Part shown: positions 35,671 through 43,626 of the stretch, piece by piece | How the letters are laid out: each line of letters begins with the position of its first letter | Numbering within the stretch: the first letter of the stretch is position 1 | Assembly: GCA_035385585.1 (NCBI GenBank) | Contig: DAOOKJ010000002.1 | Location: 595-64,594, forward strand | Direction: 5' to 3' | From: Minisyncoccota bacterium | GTDB lineage: Bacteria; Patescibacteriota; Minisyncoccia; UBA6257 | Length of the DNA: 64,000 nucleotides | Program-made: the position numbers and the translations under genes | The notes under the pieces: model-generated | Seen by the model: the letters and a program-made list of their open reading frames with translations, nothing else | Told to the model about the DNA's origin: nothing | The model's database searches: none

Positions 35671-36054
35671 ATGTTTATGATACAGAAACTGAATCTCATC
35701 TGGAATGGTTATTATTCATATAATGATAGTTCCGTTGAGAGAAACGTACCTGAAAGTGCAGGCGTATACAAAATAAGTGTTTCTCAACAAGATAAAACAT
35801 TAAAAGTTCATTACGTTGGCCAAGCAGAAAACCTAAGAAAAAGATTAAAAGAACACCTCGATACTAGTAATGAACAAAATGAATGTCTTGTAGAACACAT
35901 TGAAAAATATGCCTGTAGTTATAGTTTTGCATTAGTTTCAAGACAGGAAGATAGGGATGCTGCAGAGAGAGCATTGTACATTCATTACAAACCGGAATGC
36001 AATGATCCCGATGCTATTCCTAACGTGCCTGATGTAGAAATTAATCCAAACTAA
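35671..36054 (+). CDS. Small GIY-YIG nuclease-domain protein, divergent from the LexA-methyltransferase gene
   Basis: GVYKI...YVGQAENLRKRLKEH matches GIY-YIG motifs. Confidence 0.55.
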   Translation: MFMIQKLNLIWNGYYSYNDSSVERNVPESAGVYKISVSQQDKTLKVHYVGQAENLRKRLKEHLDTSNEQNECLVEHIEKYACSYSFALVSRQEDRDAAERALYIHYKPECNDPDAIPNVPDVEINPN

Positions 36055-36057
36055 GGT

Positions 36058-36098
36058 AGCGGACGCTATCTGAAAAGATAGCGTCCGCTCTTTTCTTT
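36058..36098 (+). terminator. Rho-independent terminator
   Basis: Perfect 13-bp stem agcggacgctatc/gatagcgtccgct plus T-run. Confidence 0.7.
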
Positions 36099-36254
36099 AT
36101 CTTAACATAAAAGTATGTCAGAAACATCATCACATAAAAGAGTGAAAGGACACGCAGCCGGTAAAAGTGGCGAAACAGAAAAGAAAATTAAATACGGTGG
36201 ACGCATTGATGTTTTTATTTTATTTCACGCAGATTCTAATGTGATTCAGGGCAC

Positions 36255-36345
36255 GGAGCCGTGCACCACGTAGGGTGCACGGCCATGAACCCAGCGTGGT
36301 TTATGGCTAATTTCAAAAAGCCTCTATTTATGAGGCTTTTTTATT
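36255..36345 (+). repeat. Two-hairpin structured element (ccgtgcacc-acgta-gggtgcacgg; ccatgaaccca-gcg-tggtttatgg) followed by its own terminator hairpin; copy 1 of 2
   Basis: Second near-identical copy at 37018..37102; the two copies flank gene 36397..36936. Confidence 0.6.
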
Positions 36346-36396
36346 TCTCTGGACACGTGTGGTATAATAGATAATTAAATAATATCCTATATATCT

Positions 36397-36936
36397 ATGT
36401 CTAAAAAAATAATCATTCCAATAATAGTAGTTATGGTGGGAGGATATTTAGTTTATCACCCTCCAAAAGGAATCAAGCAATCAACGGAAACGCAGAAGTT
36501 TACTCTAGATGCTAAAAATTGCACTTATCTCATTGAAGGTCAGAATATTACTTTAATAAATGGATATTCAGAAGAAGAAATTGCTTCTGGCTCTGCCTCA
36601 AAAATAATTACTAAATATTTTGGTAATGAGGCAGCAGGAGATTTTAATAACGATGGTTTTTCTGATGTAGCCTTTCTTTTAACGCAGGAGACTGGTGGGA
36701 GTGGTACTTTCTTCTATGTAGCAGTTGCCTTAGGGAGTGAGAATAAATGTCTTGGCACTAATGCTATTTTTCTTGGCGACCGAATTGCTCCCCAAACAAT
36801 CAATTTTCAAAATGGCGAAATAATTGTCAACTATGCAGATAGAAATCCAGACGAACCAATGACGGCATCTCCGTCAGTTGGGGTCTCAAAATACTTTCAT
36901 ATAAACGAAGGTCAGTTAGTTGAAATTCAAAAATAA
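36397..36936 (+). CDS. Secreted/membrane-anchored hypothetical protein
   Basis: N-terminal TM/signal IIIPIIVVMVGGYLV; extended -10 promoter tgtggtataat at about 36355. Confidence 0.5.
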   Translation: MSKKIIIPIIVVMVGGYLVYHPPKGIKQSTETQKFTLDAKNCTYLIEGQNITLINGYSEEEIASGSASKIITKYFGNEAAGDFNNDGFSDVAFLLTQETGGSGTFFYVAVALGSENKCLGTNAIFLGDRIAPQTINFQNGEIIVNYADRNPDEPMTASPSVGVSKYFHINEGQLVEIQK

Positions 36937-37017
36937 AATTATAGTTGAGGAGATAAGTCAGGAATGAAAATTGCTTTTCTGTTCGTGATAAACCAGCTTA
37001 TGACTGCCTAAACCCCT

Positions 37018-37102
37018 GTGAGCCGTGCACCACGTAGGGTGCACGGGCCATGAACCCAACGTGGTTTATGGCTTTTTAAAATCGCCCAAAAGGCGATTTT
37101 TT
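37018..37102 (+). repeat. Copy 2 of the two-hairpin element plus terminator hairpin (aaaatcgcccaaaaggcgatttttt)
   Basis: About 90% identical to 36255..36308 over ~55 nt. Confidence 0.6.
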
Positions 37103-37406
37103 GATATAATAGGAATTCAAATGTTTTTTTGATAGATTTTGCCGCTTCTGGAAAGTTTTCCACCTTATTTTTTTGAGTAAAAAATGATACTCTATACTTA
37201 ATATGCAGTTTGAAGAGTTACTTAATCTTTATAAAGAAAAGAAAAAGCCATACAGTAAGATAAAACTAAGAAAACAATGAAATAGTCCCAATTTAAGAAA
37301 ATTCTTAAAAATTCAATAGTCAAAATGTCAAAAGTCAATGGAATGACTAAAATTTAATATGGAGGATAAAAAATATGGACGAGCAGATGACAACATAAAT
37401 TTCTCC

Positions 37407-39848
37407 TTAATTTTGTTCGCCAAAATTTATTCCATAAACTAAACACCAACCTTTACTTTGTTTTCCACTTATTCTCGCTTGTCCTTCAAGAATAGGGGAG
37501 TAATGATTAGGAACTAATTGAGCAATAGCGGCTATCCGGGCAACTAAATCATATTCCTTTATCCAACCTAAAACAGTATTTTTTAGTTGGGTAAAAATCT
37601 CCTTCGCCTTTTGATCATTAACTAAACTTGAACCAAATTCGAGCCGCAAAACTTTCAAATTTTTATCGAAAACACTGGTAACTAATTTCTCTTTTTGAGC
37701 TGTATCGAATTCTCGTAACTTAATAGTATGTGGTAACATCTGTAAAATCAATTGGCCATCGCTGGTAGCTATTAATGACCAAACACAATGCTCATCATTA
37801 AATTCTGGATTAAGCTTATTTTTAGGAAAAGCGCCAATTAAAACTTCTGTAACTTGGCTTCCTTCTATTGGTTCAATTAGTCTATCATAGGGACTGATTC
37901 CGTTTTTATCTTTCTTAAATAAATTTTTTATTTCCTCAAGGGAGGAAATTGCTATCCATCTTCCTCTGCCGGGTAAGTCTGGATGAATACAGGTACGAAT
38001 CGAAGCGTCGTAACCATCATTAATATTTTTTTCAAGTCTCATTATTATTTCTTTAACTTTATTAGGTAACATTATTGAATAGTTTTCCCTTATTTCTGCG
38101 GGAATTAATGCATTTACAATAGTTGTCTCTTTTGCTTTAGAAGACTTAAATAAACTAATCTTTTTCGCTTTTTCCTTTTCAGCGGCTATAAATTGAGCAA
38201 CCTTTTCTATTCCCTTTCTATCTAAAATCCAATACCAAGGGTTTCGCTTTCGCTCTTCTGACCACCTTTTTACTATTTGTCTTTCGTCTTGGGTTAACAT
38301 TGCATTTTTTTCTTCCAGTGGTATCAAACCTCTAAATACTCTTACTTTTTCTCTTCCGATTACTTCTACAGTACAAATCTTTTCAGCAATTTCAGCAGGC
38401 GCCTCAGGAGCACCTATAATAACTGGGATGTTAAATCGCTGAAGCGCTCTTGTCAGATGAGAACCTAGGCTACCGGTAGAAGTAATAATGGCTTTTAACA
38501 AAGAAGAACATTGAAGAAGTTCGGAAGTATCGTCTAAACTTAAAGGACCCCAATAAATGATTTCGTTTCTATCACCCTCTAGATCTTTTAAAGAAGTAAT
38601 CACTCGGTAGCCATGAGCAACACCCGGAGAGATTCCCCACCCTCCTCGGCACAAAACCCCTCCCTCTTTTTCAGCTTTTTGCGCCTCTATTTCATTTAGA
38701 GATGGTTGCAAGAGTTGCTGCAACTCAGAAGCAGTTATCTGTGATATTGCTTCTTTTTCAGAAAGTAGCCCTTTTTTTATTTGCTCAATAAGAAATCTTA
38801 GTTTCGCCAAAGGCGAAAGGGGAAGTTCCCGCAATTGTAAACACCATACAGTATCGCCATCATAAGAAAACTCAAGCTCCTGAGGAAGAGCACAATGCTC
38901 AATAATGGTACCAAAAATTTCTTCTAATTGACTTTTTATTGGAGAATTTGGAAGCTCAGCAAGAGGTTGTGATTCCCGCGTCTCATCACCAACAACAGCC
39001 CTTCCTTGCTTTCCAGGAGCATAAATAATCAAAGGACCCCCAATCAAATCAGATGGATCGTGGGTAAGTAAAACACCAGCGCCAGCCTTTTCAGCATCTC
39101 GATTGGTAAAAATCATTTGTTGGATGATACAAGCCGTACCCCAGTCTTTGGGAATTCCTAATTCTTCCCGCCATCTTCTTGTTCCTTTACTCCCCCAAGA
39201 GCCAAAAACAATTTTAATTCCCTTTAATATCTGTTGATCAATATCCTGAGGAAATTCCTCTCCTGATTCTCTTTTAAAAATCTTTTTTGCTTCAAAAATC
39301 AACGACTCCAATCCAGCTTCATCGGTTTTAGAAGATCTATTAACTAAATCATTAAATTTCTCAGAACCAATTCCCCAAAAACAGCCTAAATTTATAATTA
39401 GATCAAGATAAGATTCATAAGCTCCTCTTACACCAATTTCATTTTTTAAAGTATTTATTGTGTTGTCATTAATCCCAACATTAAGAAGAGTCAACATTAC
39501 CCCGGCCATTGATACTGGTGGACTAGAGCGAATAGAGATAAAAAGAGGTTTTTCTCTATCATTAAAACGTCGGCCGGTTTTTTCCTCTAACCTTCTTAAT
39601 TCCCTCCTAATAATTTCTAAGAAGTTTTCCTCATTCTTTCTTAATGCCCACCAGCCATCTGTGGTGATAATAAATCCTGTTGGTACAGACAGATTCCACG
39701 ATACCATCAATCTTAACTGATATCCTTTATTTCCAAGAAAAAAACAAGCATCTTTATCAGATTCTGGAAAATAACCATCAAGAGGACAACAAATAGAAGA
39801 AGAACAATCTTCAGATGATTCCCTTTCTCTCTTACAATCATCATTCAT
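37407..39848 (-). CDS. PEP-utilising enzyme family protein: PPDK-type N-terminal ATP-grasp domain + phosphohistidine swivel domain + ~290-aa C-terminal domain of unknown type
   Basis: VPTGFIITTDGW PPDK_N signature; TSTGSLGSHLTRALQRFNIPVIIG mobile-domain signature; C-terminus does not look like the usual TIM-barrel PEP-binding domain. Confidence 0.6.
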   Translation of the reverse strand: MNDDCKRERESSEDCSSSICCPLDGYFPESDKDACFFLGNKGYQLRLMVSWNLSVPTGFIITTDGWWALRKNEENFLEIIRRELRRLEEKTGRRFNDREKPLFISIRSSPPVSMAGVMLTLLNVGINDNTINTLKNEIGVRGAYESYLDLIINLGCFWGIGSEKFNDLVNRSSKTDEAGLESLIFEAKKIFKRESGEEFPQDIDQQILKGIKIVFGSWGSKGTRRWREELGIPKDWGTACIIQQMIFTNRDAEKAGAGVLLTHDPSDLIGGPLIIYAPGKQGRAVVGDETRESQPLAELPNSPIKSQLEEIFGTIIEHCALPQELEFSYDGDTVWCLQLRELPLSPLAKLRFLIEQIKKGLLSEKEAISQITASELQQLLQPSLNEIEAQKAEKEGGVLCRGGWGISPGVAHGYRVITSLKDLEGDRNEIIYWGPLSLDDTSELLQCSSLLKAIITSTGSLGSHLTRALQRFNIPVIIGAPEAPAEIAEKICTVEVIGREKVRVFRGLIPLEEKNAMLTQDERQIVKRWSEERKRNPWYWILDRKGIEKVAQFIAAEKEKAKKISLFKSSKAKETTIVNALIPAEIRENYSIMLPNKVKEIIMRLEKNINDGYDASIRTCIHPDLPGRGRWIAISSLEEIKNLFKKDKNGISPYDRLIEPIEGSQVTEVLIGAFPKNKLNPEFNDEHCVWSLIATSDGQLILQMLPHTIKLREFDTAQKEKLVTSVFDKNLKVLRLEFGSSLVNDQKAKEIFTQLKNTVLGWIKEYDLVARIAAIAQLVPNHYSPILEGQARISGKQSKGWCLVYGINFGEQN

Positions 39849-40202
39849 ACTGGTAATATTTTAAACTATAAAATGTAATAAAGTCAATTCCTAGAGTTTA
39901 AGAGGTTATAAGTACTTTATAAATTGTTGCAAATTGATTAGCTGTCTCTTTGTCGCAGAATAATTTTTTTAAATTTAAAACATTAATTTGTTTAATAATC
40001 ACCATTATCGTCACCGATTCCGTGATAAAAATCCCTCATTATGTCTTAAAAATACCTAAATTTAGCGATCATTAGAATTTCTTCCGAAACATTAAAGGAA
40101 GAAATGTGGCCCCCGACCTTAAAAAAGCCATATGGCCCTAGGAATTACCTAAGGCTTTTTTTATTTCACACAGGTTCTAATGTAATCCAGTATTCGGAGC
40201 TA

Positions 40203-40262
40203 CTATTGACTCTTGGTTTTATTTATAGTATGATATAAATACCTTGTAATAGGGTATTTTAA
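40203..40262 (+). promoter_or_regulatory. Promoter-operator module TTGACT-17-TATGAT followed by palindrome atacc-N9-ggtat; paralogous copy at 45569..45628
   Basis: ~85% identity over 55 bp between the two copies. Confidence 0.5.
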
Positions 40263-40331
40263 TAAAAACAAGGTAGTTCTTTGAAAACTATCACATAATT
40301 TATATATAAAAATATAAAAAGGAGGCGAACA

Positions 40332-40721
40332 ATGGATAAAAAAGGGTATATGGCGATAAGACATCATGATCTTAAAGAAGCCCAATGGTGCTCAGATTGT
40401 GATAAGGTAAAAAATAAAGCACTAAATCAAACATTCGTTGGCATACTTGAAGTGGGGGAGATATATAAAGTGGCAGGGAGTAACATAAAAGAACTTAAAA
40501 GATACAACAAGCAGTACCTTCTATTTAAACCGCTTGGTTTTGGTGCCATCTTTTCTATCTCTCAATATCCGCAAGCTATCTCTTTTGCAAAATATTATTC
40601 CAGTCATTCCCTCATGTTTATAATTAAATTTGAAAGAATTTGGAAAATTGAATTTAGAGAGAATATTGAATTTAGAGAATTGACAATAGAGGGGGCAATT
40701 GGTTATTTCCAACCAGAGTAA
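40332..40721 (+). CDS. Hypothetical protein
   Basis: 129 aa ORF with strong RBS aaaggagg, followed by terminator 40738..40768. Confidence 0.5.
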   Translation: MDKKGYMAIRHHDLKEAQWCSDCDKVKNKALNQTFVGILEVGEIYKVAGSNIKELKRYNKQYLLFKPLGFGAIFSISQYPQAISFAKYYSSHSLMFIIKFERIWKIEFRENIEFRELTIEGAIGYFQPE

Positions 40722-40737
40722 TTAGTGAATAAATAGT

Positions 40738-40768
40738 TACCCCAGAGTATTTCTGGGGCTTTTTTATT
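40738..40768 (+). terminator. Rho-independent terminator
   Basis: ccccagag/ctctgggg-type stem + T-run. Confidence 0.6.
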
Positions 40769-40857
40769 TTTCATTTATGGGACTTTTTTGTTTTTTGGTA
40801 AGTGTGGTATAATACATATAAGTTTCATACGTTTACGTTTATAAAGCCTAATATATA

Positions 40858-41547
40858 ATGAATAAAAAAAATTTAATAAATATTATTTTGATAGTAATTA
40901 TTTTCGTTGCTATTGGGGCAATGGGGTATTTTATTTTCATCAAAAAATCAGAAACTATTCCCGAGGAAAGTACCAAAAGGTATACAAATTCATTATTGGG
41001 GATTGAATTTTCTTATCCTCGAAATTTTATTCCTTATCTTCGAGATAATGAATATTTAGGCGATCAACCGTCGCGTTTTGTATCTGGTAAAGATTCATAT
41101 GCTCCATTAGACGAAAACTCTTATTTCGTAATAACTCTTAATGGCGTTAAGGGTTATTATGATTGTCCTTCTTTAGAAAATTCAGAAATGTCTTACTCTG
41201 GTTCATATGAAGATATCCAACAATTCATTCAAGAAGGCAAGTCAATTAAATTTGAGAATTGCAAAGAAATTATTCAAACCATTGATCAAGCCGCTCAAAA
41301 TTCTGCTTATCATAAATTAAAGCCTTTTGGAGAAAATCCAATTATCAAAACATTGCAAATTGAAGGGCAAGAAGCAAGGCTTATAATTCCTTCCGAAAAC
41401 AGTATTAACGAAAGAGAATTAATTGTTGAGCTGAAAAAATCCGTTTTCCTTTTAGATAAATATTGGACATTTTTAGTAATCCATACAAGTCAAGATCCTG
41501 ATGGAAAAACAATGAAGACGATTTTAGAATCATTAACATTTAGATAA
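40858..41547 (+). CDS. Secreted/membrane-anchored hypothetical protein
   Basis: N-terminal TM, extended -10 tgtggtataat at about 40803. Confidence 0.5.
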   Translation: MNKKNLINIILIVIIFVAIGAMGYFIFIKKSETIPEESTKRYTNSLLGIEFSYPRNFIPYLRDNEYLGDQPSRFVSGKDSYAPLDENSYFVITLNGVKGYYDCPSLENSEMSYSGSYEDIQQFIQEGKSIKFENCKEIIQTIDQAAQNSAYHKLKPFGENPIIKTLQIEGQEARLIIPSENSINERELIVELKKSVFLLDKYWTFLVIHTSQDPDGKTMKTILESLTFR

Positions 41548-41567
41548 AATAATCCATCTGGCAAATT

Positions 41568-41600
41568 AAAACCTCGGGATAAAACGCCGAGGTTTTTAAT
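41568..41600. terminator. Bidirectional terminator between convergent genes
   Basis: aaacctcggg...cccgaggttttt. Confidence 0.6.
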
Positions 41601-41637
41601 TAATCGGATAAAGAAAACAAGTTTTGCTTTTATCAAA

Positions 41638-43626
41638 TTATGCAGTGTCAGCATTTATTGGGGAAAGGAATTGACTCATATAGAGATTGTAATAAAATCC
41701 CTTTGCCGCTAGAAGTTTTTTGTGATTTCCTTGTTCTACAATCCGACCTTTATTCATCACTAGAATAATATCAGCATTATAAATAGTGGATAAACGATGA
41801 GCTATAACCAAACTAGTACGGCCTTTTCTTAGTTTTGCCATCGCTTTTTGAATCAACATTTCTGTTCGAGTATCAACAGAACTAGTAGCTTCGTCGAGTA
41901 TCAATATTTTAGGATCAGCTAAAAAGACACGGGCTATGGTTAACAGTTGTTTTTGTCCTTGAGATATGTTAGAAGCGTCGTCGGTCAGTATAGTATCATA
42001 TCCGTCTGGTAATGTTTTGATAAAATGATCTACATAAGCCGTTTGAGCAGCTGAGATTATTTCTTGTTCAGTGGCTCCTTCTTTGCTATAGGCAATATTA
42101 TCCCGGATGGTGCTATTAAATAACCAAGTATCTTGCAAAACCATCCCAAAAATTTTACGGAGGTCATCTCTTCTCATTTTTCTGATATCAACGCCATCTA
42201 TAGAAATACATCCGCGGTCTATTTCATAAAAACGCATTAATAAATTTACTAAGGTTGTTTTACCGGCACCAGTTGGACCAACTATTGCCACAGTTTCTCC
42301 AGGCTTAATCTCTAAATTTAAATCCTCAATTAGAGGAGTATCAGGGTTGTAGCTAAAGTAGACATGTTCAAATTTTATTTCTCCCTTTACTTTTTCCAGT
42401 ACTACGGGATTTTCTATATCTGGTATTTCTTCTTTTTCATCTAAAAGTTCAAATACTCGTTCAGCTGAGGCGGCCGTAGATTGAAGAATATTTAAAATAC
42501 TGGCTACTTGAACTACTGGTTGGGTAAATTGTTTAGAATATTGAATGAAAGCCTGGACGCCACCAAGGGTAATAAGACCTTTCGCTACTCGAATTCCCCC
42601 AATAATACAAATGACAACATAATTGAGATTATTTAAAAAATTTACTGAGGGACGAATTAAACTTGATATGAATTGAGCCTTAAAACTAGATTCATAAACC
42701 TTTTGATTTTCTTCATTAAAACGTTCTTTGGCTTTTTCTTCCCGGTTGAATGCTTTGATAATATTGTGGCCGGTAAATGTTTCTTCAATATGGCCATTCA
42801 AAGTACCAGTGCTGTCCCATTGAGCTATAAAGTATTTTTGGGATTTATTAATCACTAATCCAGCAATCAAAAGAGCTAAAGGAATAATCACAAGAGATAT
42901 CCAAGTAAGCAGGGAACTAATAGAAAACATCATAATAAGAACTCCAACGACGACAGCAATCGCGTGGACTATTTGAGTAATATTTTGCTGGAGGGTATGA
43001 GCAATATTATCTACATCATTAGTCACTCGGCTTAAGATATCACCATGAGAGTGATTATCGTAATATTTTAAAGGTAATTTAGCGAGTTTGGCATCTACTT
43101 CTCGTCGTACCCGATAGACAGTATTTTGGGCAACGCCAGCCATTGTATACTGTTGTAGCCATTGAAAGAAAGCTCCTAAAAGATACACTATCAAAAGAGT
43201 AATTAATATCTGCTTCAAGGCTTGAAAATCTATGCCCTTGCCAGGCACAAGATTCATTACCGATATCATCTCTGCGAGTTGATTTTGTCCTTTTGCTTTT
43301 AATTCAGCAATAGCTTGTTCTTTAGTTATCCCGCTAGATAACTGTTTACTTATTACTCCTTCAAATAATTTATTAGTAGCTTCGCCTATTATTCTAGGTG
43401 CAAAAATAGTAAAAGTCACGCTCAAAATAGTAAAAATTACCACTAATAATAAAGGAATTGCTTGAGGCTTAAGATAAATAATAAGACGCTTCATCGTTCC
43501 TCTGAAGTCTTTAGCTTTTTCCACTGACCTAGCAGCAACTCGTGCTCCGCCACCGAATCTACCCTGCCTCCTTTGGATTTGTCCTCTTATTGGTGGTTTA
43601 TTATTTTGATTATTATTAACACTCAT
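41638..43626 (-). CDS. ABC exporter, fused permease-ATPase (MsbA/multidrug type)
   Basis: 6-TM domain + Walker A GPTGAGKTT, signature ISQGQKQ, Walker B ILILDEATS. Confidence 0.85.
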   Translation of the reverse strand: MSVNNNQNNKPPIRGQIQRRQGRFGGGARVAARSVEKAKDFRGTMKRLIIYLKPQAIPLLLVVIFTILSVTFTIFAPRIIGEATNKLFEGVISKQLSSGITKEQAIAELKAKGQNQLAEMISVMNLVPGKGIDFQALKQILITLLIVYLLGAFFQWLQQYTMAGVAQNTVYRVRREVDAKLAKLPLKYYDNHSHGDILSRVTNDVDNIAHTLQQNITQIVHAIAVVVGVLIMMFSISSLLTWISLVIIPLALLIAGLVINKSQKYFIAQWDSTGTLNGHIEETFTGHNIIKAFNREEKAKERFNEENQKVYESSFKAQFISSLIRPSVNFLNNLNYVVICIIGGIRVAKGLITLGGVQAFIQYSKQFTQPVVQVASILNILQSTAASAERVFELLDEKEEIPDIENPVVLEKVKGEIKFEHVYFSYNPDTPLIEDLNLEIKPGETVAIVGPTGAGKTTLVNLLMRFYEIDRGCISIDGVDIRKMRRDDLRKIFGMVLQDTWLFNSTIRDNIAYSKEGATEQEIISAAQTAYVDHFIKTLPDGYDTILTDDASNISQGQKQLLTIARVFLADPKILILDEATSSVDTRTEMLIQKAMAKLRKGRTSLVIAHRLSTIYNADIILVMNKGRIVEQGNHKKLLAAKGFYYNLYMSQFLSPINADTA

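Noticed and set aside
36255-36308. Two-hairpin element as a group II intron domain V or a tRNA-like structure
   Set aside because: Begins GAGCCG like domain V but lacks the bulged stem and GNRA tetraloop geometry; no cloverleaf can be drawn.
37190-37280. Short ORF MQFEELLNLYKEKKKPYSKIKLRKQ in the 3' flank of the PEP-utilising gene
   Set aside because: 25 codons, no RBS, no conservation evidence.
40100-40185. aaaaaagcc...ggcttttttt with inner gccatatggc and cctagg palindromes as a terminator
   Set aside because: Stem is short with a large loop. It lies upstream of the minus-strand PEP-utilising gene and may be a UTR structure; too ambiguous to annotate.
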